A stretch of DNA of 64,000 bases, from positions 288,001-352,000 of the forward strand of contig CBDASZ010000002.1 of assembly GCA_965199755.1 (NCBI GenBank), written 5' to 3'. This DNA is from an uncultured candidatus Porisulfidus sp. GTDB lineage: Bacteria > Pseudomonadota > Gammaproteobacteria > Poriferisulfidales > Poriferisulfidaceae. The translations under genes were made by a program, and so were the position numbers. The notes below the pieces were generated by a model, which ran no database searches, was not told the DNA's origin, and saw nothing but the letters and a program-made list of their open reading frames with translations. Each line of letters begins with the position of its first letter. The first letter of the stretch is position 1. Below, piece after piece: positions 43,547 through 55,268 of the stretch.

Positions 43547-44248
43547 TCAGGAGGCCGCGCACCACGCCATCGGACCACGCACCTCATCCCCCGCGTCCGG
43601 TGTGACACCTGAGTCAAGCAGCAGCGCGTAACTGTAGTCCAGCAAGGAGAACACCACCACAGCGCGTCTCCAGCTGGCAGTCTCCGTGCGGCTGGCGCTC
43701 GGCACCAGCAACAATGCGGTGCCCTGTTTGACATGCTGCCGCTTTCCCTGACTGACACGCATGATTTGATCTTTCGCTTCCGTCTCCCAGACTTCCAACA
43801 CTTCACCGCGAACGGATTGCTCCGGCTCATGCACGGACAATACGCCGGGATCCATGTCAATGCGTTGCACCGGATGCACGTCGGGACGCGGCACAAAAAC
43901 AAAAGGCTCCCGGGTATCCGGTTGGTATTGCGTCAGCTCTTGCGCGTGCGGAAAACTGCCGTCTGCGCGCCGTGCGCGCTGCACCCAACTGCGCCCATTG
44001 ATGCGAACCCGCACCAGCAAGTCGCCCGGCGCGATCTGACTGTCCGCCGCCGGGTGTGGGCACCAGACCTGATCCCAGTGATGCGCCTGTCGCACGAAGC
44101 GCGACACCACGTAATCCGTGGGATCACTTTGGCGCACCAGATACACATGGGGGGCGTCTTCGCGCAACCATTGTGCGGCCAAATCGGCAGCTGAAGCCAG
44201 CCCCAGATTGCAGCTGCACAGGACAACAATGAGGCCGCGACGATACAT
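43547..44248 (-). CDS. Diverged LysM-domain secreted protein (TsaP-like)
   Basis: Signal peptide; LREDAPHVYLVRQSD....V.RF.....W..VW......I.PGD.L resembles the LysM N-terminus of the gene normally found upstream of dprA-smg-topA. Confidence 0.6.
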   Translation of the reverse strand: MYRRGLIVVLCSCNLGLASAADLAAQWLREDAPHVYLVRQSDPTDYVVSRFVRQAHHWDQVWCPHPAADSQIAPGDLLVRVRINGRSWVQRARRADGSFPHAQELTQYQPDTREPFVFVPRPDVHPVQRIDMDPGVLSVHEPEQSVRGEVLEVWETEAKDQIMRVSQGKRQHVKQGTALLLVPSASRTETASWRRAVVVFSLLDYSYALLLDSGVTPDAGDEVRGPMAWCAAS

Positions 44249-44368
44249 GGCGCGCATTGTACGGAAATGCGCCCAGCGCTTTATGCGACACTTTGGGTGC
44301 GCACAGAAATTGGAAGAAAACCCGCCAGTTCAGTACACTAGGCGCGCAAAACGCTCTGCCCCACCCTT

Positions 44369-46105
44369 GTGAAAGAACTCCTGCATACACACCTGCTGCA
44401 TGCTTGGCAACAGTTGTGTGCCGAGGGCTTGCTCGGCGACGCAGTCGCCGATCGCATTGAAGTGAGCACGCCGCGCGACGCGCAGCACGGCGACTACGCC
44501 TCCAATCTGGCTCTGGTGCTGGCGCACGACGCGGAGGTGGCTCCGCGCGAACTGGCCGAAAAGATTCGCGATGCCCTGCCGCCGTGTGAGGACATCGCCG
44601 CCATTGAGATTGCCGGACCGGGGTTCATTAACTTCTATCTGCATGATCGCGCCAAGGGCGCGGTGGTGGATCGCATCCTGAAAGAAGCCGAGCGTTACGG
44701 GCGTGCTGAAGCTGACAGCCGTGGGCACATCCTGATCGAATACGTCTCCGCCAACCCGACCGGCCCGCTGCACATCGGACACGGGCGCGGCGCGGCGCTG
44801 GGGTCGTGTCTGGCACACCTGCTCAAGGCGGCGGGCTACACGGTCAGCTGTGAGTATTTCATCAACGACGCCGGACGGCAAATGGACATTCTGGCGCTAT
44901 CCGTATGGCTGCGCTATCTGGAATTGTGCGGCGAGGAGTTCTCCTTCCCGCCCACCGCGTATCAGGGCGACTACATTCTGGACATCGCCGCCGATGTGCA
45001 CCGCGAAGATGGCGATCGCTGGCGCAAGGACGCCGCACTGCTGCCTCCCGTGCCGGCAGAAGCAGACGCGCAGGACGATTATCTGGACAGCCTGATTCAG
45101 CAAGCGCGCGACGATCTGGGCGAGGAAGCTTGGGAGCGCATTCGCACGGCGGCCTGCGACACCTTGCTTGAGCGAATCCGGCACGATCTGGAATCCTTTG
45201 GCGCGAGTTTTGATTCCTGGCGCTCAGAACGGGAGTTGCAGCAAAGCGGTCAGGTGGATGCTGTGCTTGAGCAATTGCAGCAGGCCGGCCACACCTACGA
45301 GCAAGACGGCGCTATCTGGTTTCGCTCCAGCGACTTCGGTGATGAGAAAGATCGCGTGATTCGCCGCGCCAATGGCCAGTGGACTTATTTCGCCACGGAT
45401 CTGGCTTATCACGCGGAGAAGTTCTCACGCGGTTTTGCGCAGGCACTCAATCTGTGGGGTGCAGATCATCATGGTTATGCGGCTCGGCTCCATGGCGCTA
45501 TTGACGCCTTGGGCGAGGATCGCGAGCGCTTGGAGATCCGACTCATACAGTTCGCCTCGCTGCACCGCGGAGGCAAGAAATTGCCGATGTCAACCCGTGG
45601 CGGCAGGTTCGTCACACTGCAAACCTTGCAGCAGGAAATCGGCACGGATGCGGCGCGGTTTTTCTACATGATGCGTGGCTCCGCCCAGCATCTGGACTTC
45701 GATCTGGAACTGGCGACCCGTCAGAGTGCAGACAACCCGGTCTATTACGTGCAGTACGCGCATGCGCGCATCTGTCGGGTACTGGAACGCGTGGCAGCGC
45801 AAGCGAGTGAGGAGACCGCGTGCGACTTGTCGGTGCTGCGTGAAGACGGCGAGCAACGCCTGCAAAAACAACTGGCCCAATACCCCGACATCGTGCAGCA
45901 TGCGGCGCAGGAACGCGAACCGCACCACCTGACGCATTACTTGCGTGATCTGGCAGGAAGTTTCCATGCCTATTACAATGCCACCACTGTACTGGTCGAT
46001 GATTCCGGGTTGCGACAGGCGCGGCTGCGGCTGATACGCGCGGTCCGCCATGTCTTGAGAAACGGGCTGGAATTGCTTGGCATAAACGCACCGGAGAGTA
46101 TGTGA
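44369..46105 (+). CDS. argS: Arginine-tRNA ligase
   Basis: HGDYASN, AGPGFINF, EYVSANPTGPLHIGH, GADHHGY, MSTR and NPVYYVQYAHAR motifs. Confidence 0.98.
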   Translation: MKELLHTHLLHAWQQLCAEGLLGDAVADRIEVSTPRDAQHGDYASNLALVLAHDAEVAPRELAEKIRDALPPCEDIAAIEIAGPGFINFYLHDRAKGAVVDRILKEAERYGRAEADSRGHILIEYVSANPTGPLHIGHGRGAALGSCLAHLLKAAGYTVSCEYFINDAGRQMDILALSVWLRYLELCGEEFSFPPTAYQGDYILDIAADVHREDGDRWRKDAALLPPVPAEADAQDDYLDSLIQQARDDLGEEAWERIRTAACDTLLERIRHDLESFGASFDSWRSERELQQSGQVDAVLEQLQQAGHTYEQDGAIWFRSSDFGDEKDRVIRRANGQWTYFATDLAYHAEKFSRGFAQALNLWGADHHGYAARLHGAIDALGEDRERLEIRLIQFASLHRGGKKLPMSTRGGRFVTLQTLQQEIGTDAARFFYMMRGSAQHLDFDLELATRQSADNPVYYVQYAHARICRVLERVAAQASEETACDLSVLREDGEQRLQKQLAQYPDIVQHAAQEREPHHLTHYLRDLAGSFHAYYNATTVLVDDSGLRQARLRLIRAVRHVLRNGLELLGINAPESM

Positions 46106-46665
46106 TGGCTGTCGCAAAACGCAAACGTTCCGCTCGCAGCGGGAAACGCCGCGCGCCGATGTCGCCGTGGATGCTGCTCGGCGGTGGGCTGATCGCCGGT
46201 ATCGCCAGCACCCTGTTGTACGACGGCGTCAAAAACATGAAGTGGAGCTCGCCGCTGGATCGCTTCGCGATCGAAAAGGAATCGGTGGACGACTTGCCGG
46301 CGCTGAACTTTGAGTTCTACACGCTGTTGCCGGATCAGGAGTACGTGGTCACCACCCCAAAAGAAACGCCTCCTCCACAGCAACCCGCCAAACCTCAGGA
46401 AAAGCAACCCAGCATGGCACCGTCGAAGACCGGTGCTTACTATTTGCAGGTCGGCTCTTTTCGCGAACGCAAAACGGCCGATTCAATGAGAGCCAAAGTC
46501 ACGCTGCTGGGAACGAGCGGCTCAATCCAGCAGGTCCGGCACAACCAGAACACCTGGTATCGGGTGCGGGTCGGGCCGTATGAGCAGATCGAGCAGGTCA
46601 GCGCGGTGCAAGCCCAACTGAAGCAACACCAGATCAATTCGCTGTTGGTGCGGGCGAAGCCTTAA
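46105..46665 (+). CDS. SPOR-domain cell division protein (FtsN-like)
   Basis: Basic N-terminus, TM segment, FEFYTLLP, then SPOR domain YYLQVGSF..WYRVRVGPY; follows argS. Confidence 0.88.
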   Translation: MAVAKRKRSARSGKRRAPMSPWMLLGGGLIAGIASTLLYDGVKNMKWSSPLDRFAIEKESVDDLPALNFEFYTLLPDQEYVVTTPKETPPPQQPAKPQEKQPSMAPSKTGAYYLQVGSFRERKTADSMRAKVTLLGTSGSIQQVRHNQNTWYRVRVGPYEQIEQVSAVQAQLKQHQINSLLVRAKP

Positions 46666-46875
46666 TCAGGCGAAGCGGATCTCTCCCTCCTCCTCCACAC
46701 TGAGCGGTTCAGACGGCGCAGAATCGCCATAATCAGTCAAGTCTTCCAGCGTGCAGCGCAAGCGCAGGGCCGGACCGTCCGGGTGTGTGGCCAGATGCTG
46801 GATGATGGCCTCGTCGGCGCGAATGCCGAAACGCTTTAGCAAGGCGCGAATGTCCATTCGGGTGTCGTCACTCAT
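46666..46875 (-). CDS. Small hypothetical protein (69 aa)
   Basis: GGAG Shine-Dalgarno upstream; ORF exactly fills the gap between the SPOR gene and the fur promoter region. Confidence 0.65.
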   Translation of the reverse strand: MSDDTRMDIRALLKRFGIRADEAIIQHLATHPDGPALRLRCTLEDLTDYGDSAPSEPLSVEEEGEIRFA

Positions 46876-46968
46876 CGTCAAATCTCCAAAGTGAAAAGGG
46901 GTTGTTTAGTATTGTGCCATTCGGCCATTATGGTAGAGTATGGAATCTGATTGATTGCCCCTAATGCG

Positions 46969-47400
46969 ATGCCTGCCGACGACGGCCTGCGAAAAGCCGG
47001 ACTAAGAAGCACCGTACCCCGACTGAAGATTATTTCGGTGCTGGAAAACAGCGAGGTCCGGCATATGTCCGCTGAGGACATCTACCGACACTTGCTGAAC
47101 ATGAATGAGGAAATCGGCATCGCCACCGTGTACCGCGTGCTAACCCAGTTCGAGCAAGCCGGACTGGTGATTCGGCACAATTTTGATTCCGATCACGCGG
47201 TTTATGAACTCAACGATGAATCCCCGCACGAGCATTTAATCTGCACGGTATGCGGCGCGGTCATCGAATTTGAGAACCCGTCTCTGGTGAAGCAGCTCAA
47301 TGAAATCGCCCAGCAGCACACGTTTCAGCTGGAGAGCCATTCACTGCACTTGTACGGCCGTTGCAAGGACGGCAACTGTGAAGCCAGTCTGAAGGATTAA
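46969..47400 (+). CDS. fur: Ferric uptake regulator
   Basis: LRKAGL..T.PRLKI, HMSAEDIY, IGIATVYRVLTQF and HEHLICTVCG motifs. Confidence 0.96.
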   Translation: MPADDGLRKAGLRSTVPRLKIISVLENSEVRHMSAEDIYRHLLNMNEEIGIATVYRVLTQFEQAGLVIRHNFDSDHAVYELNDESPHEHLICTVCGAVIEFENPSLVKQLNEIAQQHTFQLESHSLHLYGRCKDGNCEASLKD

Positions 47401-47413
47401 GACAGCCGCGCTG

Positions 47414-49711
47414 CTACCACTCCCAGCGAATTCGCGCGTACACATTACGGCCCGGACCCGGCAGGCGCTCACCGACAGGAATATCACTATCCAAGACCCG
47501 GTTGAAGCCGTTCATATGATCCACATACGAACGATCTGTGAGATTTTCCACCCCGGCCGACAGCGTCAAACCCATGCTCGGATGCGTGTATTTTGCACGC
47601 AGGTTATACAGTGCGTAACCCGAAGTCGGCCGATTATGATTCAGGCCGCTCAAGGGATCATCCAGCATCAACTGCGATAGTTTCGACTGACGCGCCGCCC
47701 AATCCACTTCCAGCACCACCACCCAGTCTTCCAGCGCGCGAGAGAGTGACAGCAGTCCACGCAACGGCGGCATGCGGTAGATATTGTCGTCCTTGATCAT
47801 CCGTGTGCTGCCATCCGCCCGCCGGTGGCTGCGGAAACTGTCGCGCAACTTCCCTCGCACATAACTGACTGTGCCATCCACCTGCCAGTGTTCCGCAATC
47901 GGCACATGAAAGATGGCGTCCGCGCCATAAAACTCGGCATCCACATTCGCGAAGATCACCGGGGTCGGATCGCCATTAAGTACACTGCTGACCCGAGTGA
48001 CATGCACATCATCCGTCGGCACACCGGTGATGTAATCATCCACACGCCGGGCGAACACCCGCGGCGAGAATCCCCAGCCCTGCTGCTGCCAGTTCAGGCC
48101 CAGTTCCACCTGCACCGAGTCCTCCGGGTCCAGATTCACAGCGCCGACATAGTTGTTGCCGTCAGCGCGACCGGAATTGGATTCAAGCGGAACCCAAAGA
48201 TACCGCTCCATATAAGCCGGCGCACGGGTCTTGCGCGCCACGCCAAACTCCAGCTGCACCGACTCGCTCCAGTCATAGTGCAATACTGCAGTAGCATCCA
48301 CTTCGGTATCCTCGTGACTGCGGTCGGCTCGGTTGAAGCGTCCGCTCAACTGGCCGACGGACATGGCCGGAGGCGGCATCCAGTCAGCCATTGTCAGCGT
48401 CGGATCGTCACACCCACGCATCGCCAACGATCCATCAGGCCCATACATCGGGTGCATTGAGTTTGCGTTGACATTCAGTAGCAACTGGCAGGTCGGACGA
48501 AAATGCGACACCGGCGCGGCGTCCGCCTCGGTGTACTGCACGCGCAATCCAAACTCACCGTGCCAGGCATTGCCGAGCGCGCCGCTCCATTCCGCAAAGA
48601 CGCCATATTCATCCGTCTCTGCGTCTTTGAAGTTCTCGACGAAAAACGCCCCCACATCCGGGTCATAGATAGTCGCGCTGTTCTCGTTTTGCCGGAAATC
48701 CACACCGACACGCAAGTCGCCCTCTCCCCATGCGCGTTCTGCGATTAACTTGCCGCCAGTCGACTCTCCCCAAACATCAACCTGACGCTGATCGGTGCCG
48801 CGAAATGGTGGCAGAATATTGGCCTGACTGAAATCCGGTGCCGGGCGCATATGATAGTTGGACATATCGTGCACGGTGTCCTGATAGTGCAATTGCGCGT
48901 CAATCTGCCATTCGCCCAGCTCATGCTTTAGTCGGAAATTCACCAGATCCGTGTGGTAGTAGGCGATGTCCATTGGCAAGGCCGGCGTGCCGGTGTCGCC
49001 GGTGTTGTTGCGTGCGATGTCCAGTGAAAATTCGCCGCCCTGCCATTGACGACCACCGCCGATACCAAAGAAGTCCCGCGCAAACTTCGATGTCGCAATG
49101 TTCGCCTGCGCGCTCTTGGTCTCGCCCGCCTCGTCGTGAACGCCGTAGACATGAATGCGGGTGGCGTCATTCGCGCCAGACAGAAAGACGCTGTAGGTAT
49201 TGGCGCTGTTGGCGGATTGATTGTCCGCCGTCATGCGTCCGCTAAACTCGAACTCCTCGCCCAGCCCGAAGTGGCTGGTATGCGAGACCGCATCAATATA
49301 GCCGCCGATCGCAGAACCGGCCCGCACTGGCGCGATCCCGCGATGCACCTTCACCGATTCAATCAGGGAACTCGGCATGTAATGCAGCGGGCTGTCCATC
49401 CATACCGGCCCCGCGGTGTGCGGCTGGCGACCATCCAGATGCGTTTGCACGCGATAGGTGTGCAAACCCCGATAATGCGGAATGCTGGTTAAAGGCCCGT
49501 TACGGCTGACCGCGCCGCCAGGGGCCAGACGAATCAGGTTGGGCGTGTCGGTCGGAACGCCGGCGTGCTGAAACACCGTCTCCACCCCATACACGGTGAT
49601 GACTTCCTGTGCCTTGGCCGCACCCATCGCGCCCAGAAACAAGACCATCGGCATCAGCACCGAGAAAGACATGCTGCACAGATACATGCACAGGCTGCCG
49701 CAATGAAACAT
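47414..49711 (-). CDS. TonB-dependent outer membrane receptor, Met/His-rich (OprC-like)
   Basis: Signal peptide, EVITVYG TonB box, plug (V.VHRG..V..G.AIGG.I), LDPE, GVENL.D..Y and PGPGRN.Y.RIRWEW terminus; start may be 49672. Confidence 0.9.
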   Translation of the reverse strand: MFHCGSLCMYLCSMSFSVLMPMVLFLGAMGAAKAQEVITVYGVETVFQHAGVPTDTPNLIRLAPGGAVSRNGPLTSIPHYRGLHTYRVQTHLDGRQPHTAGPVWMDSPLHYMPSSLIESVKVHRGIAPVRAGSAIGGYIDAVSHTSHFGLGEEFEFSGRMTADNQSANSANTYSVFLSGANDATRIHVYGVHDEAGETKSAQANIATSKFARDFFGIGGGRQWQGGEFSLDIARNNTGDTGTPALPMDIAYYHTDLVNFRLKHELGEWQIDAQLHYQDTVHDMSNYHMRPAPDFSQANILPPFRGTDQRQVDVWGESTGGKLIAERAWGEGDLRVGVDFRQNENSATIYDPDVGAFFVENFKDAETDEYGVFAEWSGALGNAWHGEFGLRVQYTEADAAPVSHFRPTCQLLLNVNANSMHPMYGPDGSLAMRGCDDPTLTMADWMPPPAMSVGQLSGRFNRADRSHEDTEVDATAVLHYDWSESVQLEFGVARKTRAPAYMERYLWVPLESNSGRADGNNYVGAVNLDPEDSVQVELGLNWQQQGWGFSPRVFARRVDDYITGVPTDDVHVTRVSSVLNGDPTPVIFANVDAEFYGADAIFHVPIAEHWQVDGTVSYVRGKLRDSFRSHRRADGSTRMIKDDNIYRMPPLRGLLSLSRALEDWVVVLEVDWAARQSKLSQLMLDDPLSGLNHNRPTSGYALYNLRAKYTHPSMGLTLSAGVENLTDRSYVDHMNGFNRVLDSDIPVGERLPGPGRNVYARIRWEW

Positions 49712-49823
49712 ATGTAACCTTCAGAATGTTCAGAGGAACAATAAGCGGCGCATTTTAACCGCATTGCTACTGCGATCTGCCGCAAGCCCAAATAACAAGC
49801 ACGTACGTCCGCACGGTATATAA

Positions 49824-51722
<1,899 letters not shown>

Positions 51723-51758
51723 CGGCTTCCACAGACGCAAGCCACAGGTGCGGTGCTT

Positions 51759-52388
51759 ATGACTCTTGGACTCGCCCGCCACAACATGGTACAGCGGCAA
51801 CTGCGCGAGAGTTCCGTACTGGACCCGCGTACGCTGGACGTTATCGCCGCAGTGCCGCGCGAGGGCTTTATTCCCGCCTCCCATCAGGCGCTGGCCTACG
51901 CCGACATTCCCACGCCGCTGCCGTGCAGCCAGCACACCATGACCCCGCGTGAAGAAGGTCTGGTACTGCAGGCGCTGGATTTGCAAGCGCATGAGCATGT
52001 GCTGGAGATAGGCACCGGTTGCGGATTTCTGAGCGCCTGCATGAGCCGCATGGCCACACAGGTCGACAGCCTTGAAGTGCATGCGGAACTGGCCGCATCC
52101 GCGACTGCGGCCCTAAACACCTTCGGTTGCGACAACGTCTCGGTCCATGCCGAGAATGTCTGGCGTCATCAAACCGGTACGCGCTACGATGCGCTAGTGT
52201 TCACCGCCTCCCTGCCGCGATACACCACGCGCTTTGAGCGCTGGCTGAAACCGGGGGGACGCCTGTTCGTGGTGATCGGAAATGCCCCGGTGATGACCGC
52301 GCAACTGCGCCTGCCTGACGCCGCGCCCGACGCACAAGTCCGGCCCTTGTTCGAACTGGATCTCGCACCCCTGCTGGGTCTGCCTTAA
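51759..52388 (+). CDS. pcm: Protein-L-isoaspartate O-methyltransferase family protein
   Basis: ARHNMV..QLR, VPRE.F, LAYAD, LEIGTGCG and LKPGGRL motifs. Confidence 0.9.
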   Translation: MTLGLARHNMVQRQLRESSVLDPRTLDVIAAVPREGFIPASHQALAYADIPTPLPCSQHTMTPREEGLVLQALDLQAHEHVLEIGTGCGFLSACMSRMATQVDSLEVHAELAASATAALNTFGCDNVSVHAENVWRHQTGTRYDALVFTASLPRYTTRFERWLKPGGRLFVVIGNAPVMTAQLRLPDAAPDAQVRPLFELDLAPLLGLP

Positions 52389-52400
52389 ACAACGCTGACA

Positions 52401-52724
52401 ATGCGCGACATTAGCGCTCAGGAACTCAAGCAGCTGCTTGATTCGGACACGGAAGCACTCGTGCTGCTGGACGTGCGCGAAGCGTGGGAGATCGAACGCG
52501 CCCAACTGCCGCACAGCCACTTCATTCCGATGCGCGACCTGCCGCAGCGCCTGTCGGAACTCGACCCCGACCACACCACGGTAGTAGTGTGTCACCACGG
52601 CATCCGCAGCCGCGCGGCCGCCCAATACATGGAGCAGCAGTTCCAGTTCTCTGACGTACTCAACCTTAGCGGCGGCATCGATGCCTGGTCGCGCGACGTC
52701 GACCCTAATCTACCTACCTACTGA
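52401..52724 (+). CDS. Rhodanese-like sulfurtransferase
   Basis: LLDVRE.WE, VCHHGIRS and NLSGGIDAW..VDP motifs. Confidence 0.92.
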   Translation: MRDISAQELKQLLDSDTEALVLLDVREAWEIERAQLPHSHFIPMRDLPQRLSELDPDHTTVVVCHHGIRSRAAAQYMEQQFQFSDVLNLSGGIDAWSRDVDPNLPTY

Positions 52725-52738
52725 ACCCGGTCTCTTCC

Positions 52739-53983
52739 ATGAGCCGCGATCTTGCCCTTCTGAGTTATCGCATCCTCGCTCTCGCCGCGGCGCTGCCGGC
52801 GGCTGCCTACACGTTTATGCGCGCCCGCCGCGACGGCGGCTGGCGGTATCTGCGCCAGCGCTATGCCCGTGGTCTGCCAGAAACACTGCACGATCACATC
52901 GGCATTCACTGCTGCTCGGTCGGCGAAGTCAACGCCGCCGCACCGCTGGCGCTGGAATTGCGCACACTTGGGCATGCGGTCTTTTTGAGCGTCACCACCC
53001 CAACCGGATATCAGGTCGCGCAACGTCTGCTGCCTGATATTCCGTGCGTTTATTTCCCGCTCGATCACATCACCACCGTGCAGGCTTGGCTGCGCCGTCT
53101 GCAACCAAAGGCATTGCTGATCATGGAAACCGAACTGTGGCCCAACTTCTTCGACGCAGCGCACCATCAGGAAATCCCGCTGGCTCTAATCAATGCCCGA
53201 CTCACCGAACGCAGCAGCCGCGCGCCTTTCCCTCTCCGGTGGGCCTTGCGACATACGCTGAAACAACCGCACTGCATCCTCACACGTAGCGACGAAGATC
53301 GCGAAAAATTTCTGGTGCAAGGCGCACCTGCGGATCACGTGGAATGTCTCGGCAACATCAAATACGCCACGCGCGTCCAACCCGTCGACTCCACACGCCC
53401 GATCTCAAAACCCTACGTGCTGTCAGCCTCCACACACGAGGACGAAGAGGAACAACTGGCCCGGTTATGGCAGACGCTGGACGCTCAGGGGCATCTGCTG
53501 GTGGTGCTGCCGCGCCACCCGGAGCGCAGCAGTGACATCCTGACGCGACTGCAGTCTCTCGGACTGAATGTCTCACAGCACACCGAAGCGTGCAACCCGC
53601 GCCCGGAAGATCAGATCTATGTGGTCGACACTTTGGGAGAGGCTCACTGGTGGATGCAACACGCCGCGTTTGTGTTCCTCGGCGGCTCACTAATCCCGCG
53701 TGGCGGTCACAATGTGCTGGAGCCTGCCTCGCTCGGCAAAGCCTGCGTCATTGGCCCACATATTGAAAACTTCGCCGAGGAAGCCCGCGGTCTGCTCGCG
53801 GCCGAAGGTCTAACCCAGGTCGAAGACGCTGGGGCACTCGGTACGGTGTTTCGCACGTGGCTGCAACAACCGGACGAGGCCGGGCGTGTCGGCGCTGCCG
53901 CGGCCGCACATATCGCGACGCATCAGCACATCGTGCAGCACTATGTCAATGCCTTGCGGCACTACGGCGTATTGCCGGAATAA
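52739..53983 (+). CDS. waaA: Kdo transferase
   Basis: HCCSVGE, TTPTG, YFPLD, METELWPN, GNIK, STHEDEE, PRHPER and GGHNVLEPA motifs. Confidence 0.96.
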   Translation: MSRDLALLSYRILALAAALPAAAYTFMRARRDGGWRYLRQRYARGLPETLHDHIGIHCCSVGEVNAAAPLALELRTLGHAVFLSVTTPTGYQVAQRLLPDIPCVYFPLDHITTVQAWLRRLQPKALLIMETELWPNFFDAAHHQEIPLALINARLTERSSRAPFPLRWALRHTLKQPHCILTRSDEDREKFLVQGAPADHVECLGNIKYATRVQPVDSTRPISKPYVLSASTHEDEEEQLARLWQTLDAQGHLLVVLPRHPERSSDILTRLQSLGLNVSQHTEACNPRPEDQIYVVDTLGEAHWWMQHAAFVFLGGSLIPRGGHNVLEPASLGKACVIGPHIENFAEEARGLLAAEGLTQVEDAGALGTVFRTWLQQPDEAGRVGAAAAAHIATHQHIVQHYVNALRHYGVLPE

Positions 53984-54681
53984 CCCTCGCACAGCGCTGC
54001 GAAATCAGCGTCAGCGTAGTGAAAGTTTGGCTGGCGCTGCTGTTCCTTTAGACACGAACGGCGCAACCGCGACAGGTTGGCGCGCTTCCAGAAATTGCCG
54101 CGACGACGACAGCTGCGATCAAAATCAATCACATGAAACCCATCCGACTCGCGCCACAGAATATTGCCCAGATTGAGATCAGCATGCCAGACGCGCAGAT
54201 CGTGCATTCGCCGCAACACCCCCCCTAACCGTCGCCAGTCTTCTGCGGACAACGCCCGCTGGGTGAGAAGCTGCACCAGTGAGACCGCTTTAACGATGCG
54301 CGTACTGATCAGATCGGCACGATACATGCCGCCTGCACGCTGTATCCGCCAAGCCACCGGTGTGGCGGTGGGAAAACCCTGCTCAAGCAGGAATTGCAGA
54401 ATCGCCGCTTCGCGCACCGGGCGAGTGCGTGCCGCCCCACTGTACAGATAGCGATCCTCCCATAACAGCGCTATCTTGCCACCGCGACGGTAATGCCGCA
54501 AGGCGTAACCTTCCCCTTCATAGTGGAACAACCACACCGTGCCCCGACCGCTACCGAAACTGTCAAGCATCCCCTGCACACTCAACTGGTGCGGGTCAAA
54601 CAGATCTTCCGGGACCTGCCCGAATCGCGCGGCGTCGTACACAATGACGCCGCCGTCGGTGATGGTCTGTTGCTGTTGCAT
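53962..54681 (-). CDS. kdkA: Kdo kinase
   Basis: GRGTVW, LRHYRRGG, DRY, YRADL, HADLN..NIL, IDFD and NLSRLRRS motifs. Confidence 0.93.
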   Translation of the reverse strand: MQQQQTITDGGVIVYDAARFGQVPEDLFDPHQLSVQGMLDSFGSGRGTVWLFHYEGEGYALRHYRRGGKIALLWEDRYLYSGAARTRPVREAAILQFLLEQGFPTATPVAWRIQRAGGMYRADLISTRIVKAVSLVQLLTQRALSAEDWRRLGGVLRRMHDLRVWHADLNLGNILWRESDGFHVIDFDRSCRRRGNFWKRANLSRLRRSCLKEQQRQPNFHYADADFAALCEGYSGNTP

Positions 54682-54797
54682 GGAAATGTATTATGACGGG
54701 ATAAGGTTATTTTCATACGGGATGCCAGACTGCCGAAGGCCGCCACGAGCCGTGCTTTGGATGGCTACCTGTATAATCCGAGACGCTCTGACCAGCA

Positions 54798-55235
54798 TTG
54801 ACAGCGGAGCCGAAATTGCGCCACTTGACTATAAGCATTGACCCTGTGGAAGCGACAGGGATCGCCGATGCCATTGGTGTATTGAATGGCCGATTTCCTG
54901 CGGACGATTTGCATGTCGCCGTCAATAAAAAGTCACTCAAAATCTCCTTGCGGCAAGTCGACCTCAACGAGCTCAAAGCCACGATAGATCGGATTGCACA
55001 TGAACATGGGCACGCAAAAAACCACGCCTACACCAAGCAAACCAACCCCATGCCTGATGAGTTTCTGAACATCCTGTGCGGGGACAGCGAGCAGGTTCTG
55101 GCGAAGTTGTCGGACAACTGCGGCAATCTGGTGTTCACCTCGCCCCCGTACGATTTTGGCCTAGACTACGACAATCAGGACACCGATGAGGATGCCACGG
55201 ATTGGGACGCTTATTTTGAGGACTTATATACTTAA
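54798..55235 (+). pseudogene. Truncated N4/N6 DNA methyltransferase (beta class), cut by an IS1595 element
   Basis: ILCGDSEQVL..L.DN...LVFTSPPY catalytic motif; the frame ends 5 codons after running into the IS end at about 55219; no SAM-binding half nearby. Confidence 0.8.
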
Positions 55236-55268
55236 ATCCGCATACTACCACTTACGTAGGCTAGTACT

